A program made the translations under genes and the position numbers. Positions 26,384-35,189 of a stretch of 64,000 bases of DNA are shown here, in pieces. The DNA is from an uncultured Candidatus Saccharibacteria bacterium (GTDB lineage Bacteria; Patescibacteriota; Saccharimonadia; Saccharimonadales; EFPC-124). A model generated the notes under the pieces. That model had not been told where the DNA came from, made no database searches, and saw nothing but the letters and a program-made list of their open reading frames with translations. The stretch lies in the NCBI GenBank assembly GCA_964405095.1, contig CAYOML010000004.1, positions 5,080 to 69,079 of the forward strand, given 5' to 3'. The stretch's first letter is position 1; every line of letters starts with the position of its first letter.

Positions 26384-26457
26384 GGTAGCGGGGGTAAGAC
26401 TCGAACTTACGACCTCTTGGTTATGAGCCAAGCGAGCTGCCACTGCTCCACCCCGCG
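26383..26457 (-). tRNA. tRNA-fMet (initiator-like, anticodon CAT)
   Basis: The reverse complement reads CGCGGGG-TG-GAGC-AGTGGCA-GCTC-G-CTTGG-CTCATAA-CCAAG-AGGTC-GTAAG-TTCGAGT-CTTAC-CCCCGCT-A-CCA. It has an unpaired 1:72 position (C:U) and a 5' half nearly identical to E. coli tRNA-fMet as I remember it. Confidence 0.9.
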
Positions 26458-26520
26458 GCGTATTTGTGACCTAGTTACTATACCTTAACTTGCTTTTTAT
26501 GTCAAAGATGTCGCTATTGC

Positions 26521-26943
26521 CTAAGTGCGCTTGCTGCCAAACAAAAAATACATCCACTGTGCAAAGTTACTGCGATTAGCTATTGGCGTTTCGATTGGCA
26601 ACTGTTCTTCTGGTGTGGCTGCGATGGTATTTGGTGGTAGAATCAACAGGTTTTCTCCCGGCGAAGCCTTGCCTAGGCGTTCGCGGGCGCTAAGTTCCAG
26701 ATATTCACTGGTCTGATAATACTTATTCTGCAGCGCCTGGCTTTTGTTTTCGAGCTCCTGCACGGCAATTTGTTGGTTGAGCGCGTCCACCTGCTGCTGA
26801 AGTTCAAAGTTTCGCTGAATTGCCGCCACTGTGCTCCACGCCCAAGTCGAGCCGATTAGTAGCGCTACCAGCAATACGCCATTATTCAACGTCAGGTGCG
26901 GGCGGACATGATTATTTATGAATCGCCGAACAGTTATTTCCAC
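26521..26943 (-). CDS. septum formation initiator family protein (FtsB/DivIC-like)
   Basis: 140 aa. One TM helix (GVLLVALLIGSTWAW) is followed by a coiled coil and the ...YLELSARERLGKASPGE motif typical of FtsB/DivIC. Confidence 0.7.
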   Translation of the reverse strand: MEITVRRFINNHVRPHLTLNNGVLLVALLIGSTWAWSTVAAIQRNFELQQQVDALNQQIAVQELENKSQALQNKYYQTSEYLELSARERLGKASPGENLLILPPNTIAATPEEQLPIETPIANRSNFAQWMYFLFGSKRT

Positions 26944-28502
26944 TTCAGATCTTCCTCATGCAACAGTGCGAGTAGCACACCGTTCGTCCAACCAAAACCG
27001 TCTTGTAATGGGTACTCGCCGCCCCCGGCTGCCCGGCTGGGTTCAACCACATTATATTTTTCGACTAACTTACCTTTGGCGTGATAGACGGCCTTGACGG
27101 TGGCGATCCAGCGTTTCTTAATCTCTTCGGCTAGAGCGTTGTGGCCGTAATTACGCAGCCCCTGGATGGCAACCCACTGCAGTGGCGCCCAGCCATTTGG
27201 GGCGTCCCATTGCTGCCCAGTATCCATAAGCGTGCTTGGCAACCCACCCTTCTGCAAGAAATCCCTTTGCAGCACCTCAGCCACCGCGTCGGCCTGAGCC
27301 TGTGAGGCAATACCTACATAAAGTGGAAAAGCGGCGGCCAACGATTTAATTGGCGTCCGCTGGCTAGCCACTGCATCGTAGTCGAAGTAAAAGCCCTGTT
27401 CTTCATCCCAACAGTAAGTATTAACGGCCTTGGCGCGTTTTTCGGCTAGAGCAGTGTAACGCGCCGCAGCGAGAGGGTTGCGCAGAGCTTTGTAAGCTTC
27501 GGCAATGGTTTGTTCGAGCACCACCAACAGACAGTTAAGGTCGACTGGTACTATGTCGGTGGTGTGAACGCTGGCTAAACTATTGGGATCTTTACACCAT
27601 CTGGCGCTGAAATCCCAGCCCGATTCAGCCGCAGCGCGTAGGTCACGATGCAGGTCACCAGCTTGGCGTGAACCTGCTGCCAATACCATGCTAACGTCTT
27701 CGCGGTAACCCTCGGGCCGGGGAGTACTTTTATCGTCGTAATAGCGGTTTAATATTTCACCACCCGGCATACGCACCACTCGCTTATAAGCTATACCTGT
27801 GCGAAGTTTACTACTGCCCTTAATCCAGAAATGATGTTCCAGTAACAGATATGGCAGGTAGAATATCATTGTGCGGCGGCCTTTGCGGTGAGCAAGTAAA
27901 CGAACCATCAGCGCAAAAAATGGTGGGTGTGAACGGCTAACAAAATAGGTACGGTTGCCATTGGGGACGTGACCGAACTTGCGCAGTAAAAAGGCACAGT
28001 TCCGGGTCATATCCTCGACGAGCTGCCATTTACCCGACACTGCGAGACCTAGCATTGTAAAATAACTGTCCCAGTAAAACATGGCATGAAAGCGTCCTCC
28101 CGAAACGATATATGGCTCGGGCAGACCAATGAGTGAACCCTTACTGCGTTGCTGGTTACGCTCCAAAACTGTCCAGACTTCTTCAATGTGTTCTTCGATG
28201 GTATGCCGCGGATTAGTCACGTAGGTCTCGTTCAGCACAGGTAGTTTGAAGTATTGTTGGACAAACGCCGCCAGATTAAAATCCGGGTCGTGGCGGTGGT
28301 CTTGATAGGCCTTCAAGATGCGGCTGAGGCGGGCGGCAGGCACCATATCAACAAACGCCATGCTATCTGAATATAATTTGCTGAATTGCACCTCTTGCAG
28401 TAATTCGCCTAGTAATTCGTCGGGTGGTCTGCGGCGAGGCTCGAGTTCAGCACGCAATCTGTTAACGTGGCGGCGCAAGTGTCCTACAAGATTTTTCATC
28501 AT
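26934..28502 (-). CDS. treA: alpha,alpha-trehalase (GH37)
   Basis: Both trehalase signatures are present: SGGRFHAMFYWDSYFTMLGL and QWDAPNGWAPLQW. The ATG-ATG at 28502/28499 is preferred over the upstream TTG (28574). A TATAAT-like box lies just upstream. Confidence 0.85.
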   Translation of the reverse strand: MMKNLVGHLRRHVNRLRAELEPRRRPPDELLGELLQEVQFSKLYSDSMAFVDMVPAARLSRILKAYQDHRHDPDFNLAAFVQQYFKLPVLNETYVTNPRHTIEEHIEEVWTVLERNQQRSKGSLIGLPEPYIVSGGRFHAMFYWDSYFTMLGLAVSGKWQLVEDMTRNCAFLLRKFGHVPNGNRTYFVSRSHPPFFALMVRLLAHRKGRRTMIFYLPYLLLEHHFWIKGSSKLRTGIAYKRVVRMPGGEILNRYYDDKSTPRPEGYREDVSMVLAAGSRQAGDLHRDLRAAAESGWDFSARWCKDPNSLASVHTTDIVPVDLNCLLVVLEQTIAEAYKALRNPLAAARYTALAEKRAKAVNTYCWDEEQGFYFDYDAVASQRTPIKSLAAAFPLYVGIASQAQADAVAEVLQRDFLQKGGLPSTLMDTGQQWDAPNGWAPLQWVAIQGLRNYGHNALAEEIKKRWIATVKAVYHAKGKLVEKYNVVEPSRAAGGGEYPLQDGFGWTNGVLLALLHEEDLKWK

Positions 28503-28634
28503 TACAGTTATTATATTACAGTATGATGCTACATCTGTTATACTCGTCAATGTAAATATTTTGTTATGCGGCAACTTTTACACTTCTCCTCTCGTTCGGC
28601 TTTGAAGCCTCCACTCGAGCGTTAAGTAGGAAAA

Positions 28635-28659
28635 CGTAAGTTGCCACAGGCAACTTACG
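28635..28659. other. perfect 11-bp hairpin abutting the 5' end of the tRNA at 28659
   Basis: CGTAAGTTGCC-aca-GGCAACTTACG. The last G is nt 1 of the tRNA. Confidence 0.75.
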
Positions 28660-28734
28660 GGGGCGTAGCTCATCGGCCAGAGCAGGCGGCTCATAACCAC
28701 TTGGTAGATGGTTCAACTCCATCCGCCCCCACCA
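28659..28734 (+). tRNA. tRNA with anticodon CAT (elongator Met or Ile2/lysidine type)
   Basis: GGGGGCG-TA-GCTC-ATCGGCCA-GAGC-A-GGCGG-CTCATAA-CCACT-TGGTA-GATGG-TTCAACT-CCATC-CGCCCCC-A-CCA. There is one C:A mismatch in the anticodon stem. Confidence 0.8.
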
Positions 28735-28761
28735 TTTGATCATCAGTTGTGTTATCCATTC

Positions 28762-29742
28762 ATGAAAAAAGCAGCTAAACTCAAGCTACAAAAAACCCTA
28801 AAAGTAGCGCCACGAAAGCCGTTTGCTTTTGACGCTACTTTTCATAAGCCCGACCATTTTACTTCGGGTGATAAACAGTGGGAACCAGGTACCCGTTGGC
28901 AAACTTGGAACTGGCGAGGCGAATGCGTGGGCATTAAATTTTCTAATATAGGCACAGTTGAAAGCCCACTAGTCGAGATTAATGTTTACGCCAAAGATAA
29001 ATTATCGGTCGATTTTTCTGATTCGCTGTTAGCAGAAATCAAATATCTCTATAACTTCGACTTAGACCTGTCGGATTTTTACAAAACTTTTAGCAAAGAT
29101 AAGGTACTTGCCCCGATTTTGGAAAAGTGGCGCGGCATGCGCCCCGGCCACCCCAGCTCGCTTTACGAATACCTGATTATCGGCATCGTTTTACAAAATG
29201 CTACGGTGCGAAGATCGGTCCAAATGTTTACGGCACTTTTGGAAAATTATGGGACACTGCTCGAATTTGACGGCCAACAACTGTGGTGTTTTTGGAGCCC
29301 AGGCAGATTACTTAATGTAAGCGTCGATGATTTACGAGCCCTTAAAGTTGGCTACCGCGCCAAATCTATTAAAAAGATGGATGACGCCTTCTCGCAAGGT
29401 CTGATCGACGAGTATGAACTGCGCAAAAAAGACCGAGACACCCAAATGGCAGAATTACTAAAACTATACGGAGTCGGCCCGGCGACCGTTTGGTATCTCC
29501 TGTTTGACGTTTTCCATCATTGGGACTTTTTTAATCATATTTCGCCGTGGGAGCAAAAAATCTACTCCAAACTTTTCTTTAACCGTGACCCAGAAAACCC
29601 CGTGCCGGTTCAAGAGATTCTTAAACATTTTGAACGTTACGGCAAATACAAACAGCTGGCCGTACATTATATCTGGGAAGATTTGTGGTGGAAACGAAAA
29701 AACGAGCATATTCCGTGGTTAGAAAAAGAAATTAGGCTTTAA
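28762..29742 (+). CDS. HhH-GPD superfamily DNA glycosylase (AlkA/Ogg-like)
   Basis: The ATG at 28762 (MKKAAKLKL) avoids overlap with the tRNA. LIIGIVLQNATVRRS...LKLYGVGPATVWYLLFDVF fits the helix-hairpin-helix Gly/Pro-rich loop. Confidence 0.6.
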   Translation: MKKAAKLKLQKTLKVAPRKPFAFDATFHKPDHFTSGDKQWEPGTRWQTWNWRGECVGIKFSNIGTVESPLVEINVYAKDKLSVDFSDSLLAEIKYLYNFDLDLSDFYKTFSKDKVLAPILEKWRGMRPGHPSSLYEYLIIGIVLQNATVRRSVQMFTALLENYGTLLEFDGQQLWCFWSPGRLLNVSVDDLRALKVGYRAKSIKKMDDAFSQGLIDEYELRKKDRDTQMAELLKLYGVGPATVWYLLFDVFHHWDFFNHISPWEQKIYSKLFFNRDPENPVPVQEILKHFERYGKYKQLAVHYIWEDLWWKRKNEHIPWLEKEIRL

Positions 29743-29837
29743 CATAGGTCAGGTTAGCACCATCTGTCAGCTTGTAGCCCAGAATTACCAGGTGTATATT
29801 GAAGATACTACTTAACAATACTAACTTTGGGGGAAGT

Positions 29838-30278
29838 ATGTTAAAAAAACTAGCAATGGTGGTTGGGGCAGCATTCCTGCTCCTGGGTGTCCTTGGCTTT
29901 GTGCCAGGTGTCACAACAACAGACGATAGCGGTATGCAAAGCCTGCTGGGTTTGTTTATGGTCGATTGGATGCATAATAGCGTACATATCTTGACGGGCG
30001 TGGTTGCCCTGCTGGCAGCCAGCTCAGAGATGTATGCCAAGTGGTTCTTTTGGATCTTTGGTGGAATCTACGCGCTGGTAGCTGTAATCGGCTTCATGGA
30101 CGGTAGCAGCGTGCTTGGCCTGTTCCCGGTCAACATGGCCGACAATTGGCTACACGTTGTCTTTGCAGTCGTACTGCTTGGTATTGGCTTGATGGTCAAA
30201 CCAATGGGGATGGGCTCTGATAGCAAGCCCATGGGCAACCAAATGCCACCGACCATACCGACTAAACCGACAATGTAA
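29838..30278 (+). CDS. DUF4383-like small membrane protein
   Basis: GGGGGAAG SD before the ATG at 29838. LGVLGFVPGV...NSVHILTGVVAL...DNWLHVVFAVVLLGIG is the pattern I associate with DUF4383. Confidence 0.6.
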   Translation: MLKKLAMVVGAAFLLLGVLGFVPGVTTTDDSGMQSLLGLFMVDWMHNSVHILTGVVALLAASSEMYAKWFFWIFGGIYALVAVIGFMDGSSVLGLFPVNMADNWLHVVFAVVLLGIGLMVKPMGMGSDSKPMGNQMPPTIPTKPTM

Positions 30279-30299
30279 GAAGTCGCCTCCGTCGGTTGT

Positions 30300-31406
30300 T
30301 TATTCCCAGCGAAAGACGCGAAAGGCTATGAAATAAATTACGACCATCCAAAGACCGATAAGACCGAGTTGAGGTAAGAGATCGATCAAGTTTTTACCTT
30401 CGGTGGCAATCAGGCGGATACCGTCGATTACCGGTGTTAGCGGCAAAAAACCCGAGGCCGATTGCAGCCATTCAGGCATCAGGAAGCGCGGGAAGAAAGT
30501 ACCGCTTAAAAACATCATCGGGAATACCACCAAGTTGGTCAGTGGCGCAGCCTGACGAGCATTTTTAGCCCAACCACCCAGCGCCAAGCCAATACCTAAC
30601 ATCATCACAATACTTACTACAATCCAGGCCGCTAATTCGATGTAATTACCAACAACGTTCAGATGGAAAACTAGCATTGCAAACACAAACAATACACTGA
30701 TCGCAAACAACCCGACAACCGCCTGAGTACTGACATTAGACAAGAAATACTGCCAGACACGAATTGGCGTAGTGCTAAAACGCCGCAACACGCCTTGGCG
30801 TTTGAGCTCAGGAAAAACATTAACCGGACCAAAAATACCTAGCCCAATAATTGAAAACCCTAGTAAACCCGAGAAAGTGTAATCAATCGGTTTAAGGCTT
30901 TTATCTCTGGTTTGTTCGGCTCGGACTGTAAACGGTGTGTCGGTTTTTACAAACTGAGCGTTGATCTGTTTGAACTGAGCCTCGAGCACTGTAACCAAGG
31001 TCTGAGCAGCCTGCTCATTGTTTTGGGTATAATACACCACTGCCTGGCCCGTCGGGTGCGATTGGTCTCTAACGTCGCCAAAGCCGTTTGGCAACACCAC
31101 CGCGGCGTCTAGCTCACCACGATTCATTTTTTCTTTGGCCTGATCCAGCTTGGTAACTTCGCTATTAACTTTAAACACCTTGGCGTTTTTGGCTTCCTTG
31201 ACAAAGTTTTGGGCAAATTGGCTGTTGGATTGGTTAAGCAGGGCGACTTTGAAAGACAGGTCGTTGCTATTACCAAAAATGCCACCAAACACAAACAGGA
31301 AGATCAGCGGAAAGGCTACGGTAAAGAATATAGCAATTGGGTCGCGAAAGTAGCGTTTGGTGTTGGTTTTAGAGAAAACGTAGACCGTATAAAGTTTTTT
31401 GTACAT
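30300..31406 (-). CDS. ABC-2 type transporter permease
   Basis: 368 aa. An N-terminal TM helix and a large extracytoplasmic loop are followed by 5 C-terminal TM helices. It sits immediately downstream of the ATPase gene. Confidence 0.75.
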   Translation of the reverse strand: MYKKLYTVYVFSKTNTKRYFRDPIAIFFTVAFPLIFLFVFGGIFGNSNDLSFKVALLNQSNSQFAQNFVKEAKNAKVFKVNSEVTKLDQAKEKMNRGELDAAVVLPNGFGDVRDQSHPTGQAVVYYTQNNEQAAQTLVTVLEAQFKQINAQFVKTDTPFTVRAEQTRDKSLKPIDYTFSGLLGFSIIGLGIFGPVNVFPELKRQGVLRRFSTTPIRVWQYFLSNVSTQAVVGLFAISVLFVFAMLVFHLNVVGNYIELAAWIVVSIVMMLGIGLALGGWAKNARQAAPLTNLVVFPMMFLSGTFFPRFLMPEWLQSASGFLPLTPVIDGIRLIATEGKNLIDLLPQLGLIGLWMVVIYFIAFRVFRWE

Positions 31407-31407
31407 A

Positions 31408-32166
31408 CTAATCCCTCAGGCCCTTTCCGGTCAGGTCGATGAACACATCTTCCAGGTTGGCTTGCTCGACGTGCTGTTCTTTCTTAAAACCTTTGGCCAG
31501 TAGTTGTTTGACGAGGTTTTTGGGGGTGTCGAGGGCAATTATTTTGCCGTCGTCCATAATTGCTACGCGATCACAGAGCACCTCGGCCTCTTCCAAATAG
31601 TGTGTGGTCAGAATAACTGTGATGCCTTTGTCGCGAATGGCTTTAATGAGATCCCATAGGTGACGGCGAGCTTGCGGATCGAGCCCAGTGGTTGGTTCGT
31701 CCATAAAAAACACCGTTGGGCTGTGCACCAGAGCCGCTGCTATGCTAAAGCGTTGGCGCTGACCACCAGACAGGGTTTCGACAAAGCTATTAGTTTTTTC
31801 GGTCAGATCAACATCTGCCAAAAATTCGGCGGCATTCACCTTTTCGCCGTAAGCCGCAGCGAACATTTCTATAAGTTCCTTAAGCCTGGTTTTGTCCTGA
31901 AAGGCCGGCGTTTGTGGCTGCACGCCAATCATGTACTTTATTTTCTGCGGTTCCTTAGCGACGTTGATACCGCCAAGAATGGCTGTGCCTTTATCAATCG
32001 GCCTGAGCGTCTCGATCATCTCGAGTGTGGTTGTTTTGCCTGCTCCGTTTGGCCCGAGAATACCAAAAATCTCGCCCTTCTTTACTGAAAAAGAAATGCC
32101 TTTGACCACAGCCTCACCATCATAGATCTTGGTTAAGCCATCTACGTTTAAAATCATATCTGCCAT
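31408..32166 (-). CDS. ABC transporter ATP-binding protein
   Basis: Walker A GPNGAGKTT, signature LSGGQRQR, Walker B FFMDEPTTGLD. The ATG at 32166 is preferred. Confidence 0.9.
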   Translation of the reverse strand: MADMILNVDGLTKIYDGEAVVKGISFSVKKGEIFGILGPNGAGKTTTLEMIETLRPIDKGTAILGGINVAKEPQKIKYMIGVQPQTPAFQDKTRLKELIEMFAAAYGEKVNAAEFLADVDLTEKTNSFVETLSGGQRQRFSIAAALVHSPTVFFMDEPTTGLDPQARRHLWDLIKAIRDKGITVILTTHYLEEAEVLCDRVAIMDDGKIIALDTPKNLVKQLLAKGFKKEQHVEQANLEDVFIDLTGKGLRD

Positions 32167-32278
32167 ATTTACCCTATACAGATTAACACACAAAAGACCC
32201 AGGTCTTGGTAAGCCTGGGTCTTTTTCTCCCTGTTTGTTTGCCTATAACTTTAGCATTATGGGAGCCGTAAAGGCAAA

Positions 32279-32491
32279 TTATACCTTGACGGTTTTCTTG
32301 AGTGTCAGGAAGCCGTTGCGAACGTTTTCGATTACTTCGTAGCCGACTGGGAGTTCGGTCACAGCATCAGCTGGGCGCTCGTCCTTGGCGAAGAAGTAAA
32401 TGCGTTGCTGTTTGCCACCGCGTAGGGTTACCATCTTGGAGTGCAAGAAGTAAGTTTGACCCTTTGAGTTAGTGTGAGAGTAAGCTGCCAT
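32279..32491 (-). CDS. small conserved-looking hypothetical protein (70 aa)
   Basis: A strong AGGAGG SD precedes the ATG. Lys/Arg-rich, no TM helix. Confidence 0.55.
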   Translation of the reverse strand: MAAYSHTNSKGQTYFLHSKMVTLRGGKQQRIYFFAKDERPADAVTELPVGYEVIENVRNGFLTLKKTVKV

Positions 32492-32573
32492 ACTAGAATA
32501 TTCCTCCTTTTACTTGCTTACTAGTGATTTTACCATACGACGGGCCGTTACTCTTTGTCAACAGTTTACGGCT

Positions 32574-33197
32574 CTATAGATGCGAGCGAAGTATGGCCCT
32601 GACGGCCAGATATGTAATGCTGCGACTGACAATAACGACTGTGACTACTACTGTTAAAAGGACTGTCAGGCCAGCCAAATCGGGACTCCACAGTGGTGAT
32701 ACATAGTTGTAACGAAATAAGTCCGTCGAGGGAGCCGAAAACTTCGCTAGCGGGTCCTGGCCGGGCGCCAGTGTACTGAGCTTGTCGTGAGCACATTGAG
32801 TGTAGGCCGGGAAGGAATGGGTGCGTTTAAACACTGCTCGACACTCCAGCTCGACCTGTGTGTAGAACTGGCTGTTCGGGTTAGAGGTGTTTAGGCTATT
32901 TTGCAACGCGGTGTTGTAGGCGCGCTGGTAGGCATTCTGGAGCACCAGACCATCGCCAAGACCAGTGTTCATATGTTCACTGACGTAATGCTGCAGATTA
33001 AGTAGTGACTGCTTAACATCGCCGTTATCTTCGTCAGCAGCTTTGACAGCATCGCGGCGTTCAATCATACCTAAGTTATTTTGGCGCAGCAGATAAGCCG
33101 AGGCGCCAGCCAGCAAAATCACAATTATTATCAACTGCCATGTCTTCACTCGGCGGATAATCCTAAACCAATGATGCAAATGATGTTTAAATGCCAC
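32574..33197 (-). CDS. hypothetical bitopic membrane protein
   Basis: 207 aa with an N-terminal TM helix (WQLIIIVILLAGASAYLL) and a C-terminal TM helix (LAGLTVLLTVVVTVVIV). Confidence 0.55.
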   Translation of the reverse strand: MAFKHHLHHWFRIIRRVKTWQLIIIVILLAGASAYLLRQNNLGMIERRDAVKAADEDNGDVKQSLLNLQHYVSEHMNTGLGDGLVLQNAYQRAYNTALQNSLNTSNPNSQFYTQVELECRAVFKRTHSFPAYTQCAHDKLSTLAPGQDPLAKFSAPSTDLFRYNYVSPLWSPDLAGLTVLLTVVVTVVIVSRSITYLAVRAILRSHL

Positions 33198-33231
33198 CCT
33201 ATTAAACCTTTACTCCAGTATAACTCACCAG

Positions 33232-33813
33232 TTAAATGATGCGCACTGCGCCAGGCCTTAGAACTTTGGGCTTATTGTTCTCGACAGTTACAACAGTTGA
33301 AGGACGATGGGCCGTTAGCGGACCGACATCGAGATAACCGTCGATCTGTTCACCAAAGTAGGCTTGCGCCTCGGCGATGGTTGTTGCTGGAGCTTGACCC
33401 TCCGGGTTGGCGCTAGGCGCAATCAATGGCCCCGTGGCCTCCAGTAACTTACGCAGTTCCGGATACGACGGGATGCGATATGCCAAAGTATATGTAGAGC
33501 GGTGTAAATACACCGGTGTTTGGTCGGTGACGGGTGTCACCAAGCTCATTGCGCCAGGCCAGTAGCGCTTGGCTAGTTGTCGGTGTAAGAGGCTCCAATG
33601 CGATGTATCAGTCATCTGCCATATGCCGGCCGCCAGCACGATACAGGGCTTATCGGGCGCTCTGCCGCGTAGTTTGTAGACTCGCTCGACGGCCTTTTGG
33701 TCGGCCGCACGGGCCATAACACCATACAAAGTATCGCTGGGTATAACGACTACACCTCCATTATTGAGACAGACGATAAGCTGTGGGTCGGTGAGTGATT
33801 TAAACATTCGCAC
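33232..33813 (-). CDS. tsaC: L-threonylcarbamoyladenylate synthase (YrdC/TsaC domain)
   Basis: VIPSDTLYGVMARA...AVERVYKLRGRAPDKPCIVL...SANPEG matches the YrdC/Sua5 fold motifs. The size, 193 aa, also fits. Confidence 0.8.
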   Translation of the reverse strand: MRMFKSLTDPQLIVCLNNGGVVVIPSDTLYGVMARAADQKAVERVYKLRGRAPDKPCIVLAAGIWQMTDTSHWSLLHRQLAKRYWPGAMSLVTPVTDQTPVYLHRSTYTLAYRIPSYPELRKLLEATGPLIAPSANPEGQAPATTIAEAQAYFGEQIDGYLDVGPLTAHRPSTVVTVENNKPKVLRPGAVRII

Positions 33814-33833
33814 GGTGCTATACTAACAGAGAT

Positions 33834-34679
33834 ATGTGGTGGCAAGCTATACAAACCTGGATATACGAGAATTGGTGGGTTGTGCTGCTTATTCTACTGG
33901 GAGCCTACCTAACCCGCCGGTTTGGCACGATGGCCATTGAAGTTATAATACGCCGGACAGTCACCCACCACACCCACGGCGATCTGACCAGCGACGACAT
34001 CAAAAAGCGTCAGAATACGCTAATTAGCATGGCCTCGGCCATTCTGCGCGTCCTAGTGTGGCTGGTTGCCGCCTTCACAATTTTAGGCCTGTTTCACCTA
34101 AATCTTACGCCTCTACTCGCTAGCGCCGGCATCCTAGGCGTGGCCATCGGTTTTGGTGCCCAGTCGATTATTAAAGATTTCTTGACCGGTATATTTATTA
34201 TTTTGGAAAACCAATACCGCGTCGGCGATGTCGTAGAGCTTGATGGCGCCAGCGGCAAGGTGGAACAGATCGGCATTCGTTCCACAGTGGTACGTGACAA
34301 CGACGGCAGCGTTCACTACATACCCAACGGCGCTATACAGCACACCATAAATAAAACTATGGGGCATGCGCGACTTAATTTGACCATAGCCGTGGCCCCT
34401 AGCACCGATGTCGATAAACTCACAACTGTCATTAACGATATCGGCCTTGCTATGGCCAACGACGAAAAATGGAAAACAAAAATCCTAGAACCACCCTATT
34501 TCTTAAATATTAGTAATTTCTCGAACACCACAATGGAAGTAAAAATTTCCGGCAAAATGCAAGCCTCGGCCCAATGGAGCGTCACCGGTGAACTGCGTAA
34601 ACGCCTACTTTCGGCCTTAAACAAAGAAGGCATTGGCCTGGCTGCGGGAGCCGCCCAAACGCCTGTAAAGAAGAAATAG
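33834..34679 (+). CDS. small-conductance mechanosensitive channel (MscS family)
   Basis: Three TM helices, then GVAIGFGAQSIIKDFLTGIFIILENQYRVGDVVELDGASGKVEQIGIRSTVVR. Confidence 0.85.
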   Translation: MWWQAIQTWIYENWWVVLLILLGAYLTRRFGTMAIEVIIRRTVTHHTHGDLTSDDIKKRQNTLISMASAILRVLVWLVAAFTILGLFHLNLTPLLASAGILGVAIGFGAQSIIKDFLTGIFIILENQYRVGDVVELDGASGKVEQIGIRSTVVRDNDGSVHYIPNGAIQHTINKTMGHARLNLTIAVAPSTDVDKLTTVINDIGLAMANDEKWKTKILEPPYFLNISNFSNTTMEVKISGKMQASAQWSVTGELRKRLLSALNKEGIGLAAGAAQTPVKKK

Positions 34680-34706
34680 TTGATTACTGCCTGCGAAGCA
34701 GAAAAA

Positions 34707-34800
34707 AAGGGGTGACGCGCGGCGGGGTTGCCCCAAAGTTTCTTTAAGGTATTTTCCATAAAGAATCTTTAGGGGCGGACCGCGGGGCAGGACCCGGCCA
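34707..34800 (+). repeat. palindromic intergenic element, copy A (core only, lacks outer CAAAACCC/GGGTTTTG ends)
   Basis: AAGGGGTGACGCGCGGCGGGGTTGCCCCAAAGTTTCTTTAAGGTATTTTCCATAAAGAATCTTTAGGGGCGGACCGCGGGGCAGGACCCGGCCA. It lies between convergent gene ends. Confidence 0.85.
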
Positions 34801-34814
34801 TCCTGGATGAAAAG

Positions 34815-35189
34815 CTAGTTCGAAATCTGCAAATCCTCGTCACTCAAACTCGTATCCCGAAAATCACCATAAGCCTGCAGATCGCTCTGACGGGCATCAA
34901 ACTCCTGCAAAAACTCATTAATAGTCGCAGCGGTAACAGGGCTAGCTGTATCGTAAGTCTTCTCTGGTGTCGGCTGCGAAATCTCGCTGCGCTCGCGTTC
35001 ATAACCGGGGCGGCTGAGGTCAAAACGGTAAAAACCCGTCCCGTAGTACAGGCTAACACTAGTGATAACCAGACCAATAGCCACCAACACCACCAAACTC
35101 AGAGCAACAAACAGCCGGTGGTGAGCCACTAAAACTCTAATGCGTTTAATGGTGGGATGCGTGCGAACTTTAGCGATTAGCTTTTTCAT
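34815..35189 (-). CDS. hypothetical membrane-anchored protein
   Basis: 124 aa. TM helix LFVALSLVVLVAIGLVITSVSLYY. Its start overlaps the upstream gene's stop (35189). Confidence 0.55.
   Translation of the reverse strand: MKKLIAKVRTHPTIKRIRVLVAHHRLFVALSLVVLVAIGLVITSVSLYYGTGFYRFDLSRPGYERERSEISQPTPEKTYDTASPVTAATINEFLQEFDARQSDLQAYGDFRDTSLSDEDLQISN

Noticed and set aside
26103-26443. ORFs 26103-26324 (+) and 26132-26443 (-)
   Set aside because: They read through tRNA-fMet, its trailer hairpins and the tRNA-like F4 fragment. There is no SD and the composition is not protein-like.
26204-26560. tmRNA (standard or permuted) ending at the F4 ...CCCCGCTACCA terminus
   Set aside because: A roughly 350-nt tmRNA would have to span the intact tRNA-fMet gene. 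No GGGGCTG-type 5' acceptor partner, tag reading frame or pseudoknot series is visible.
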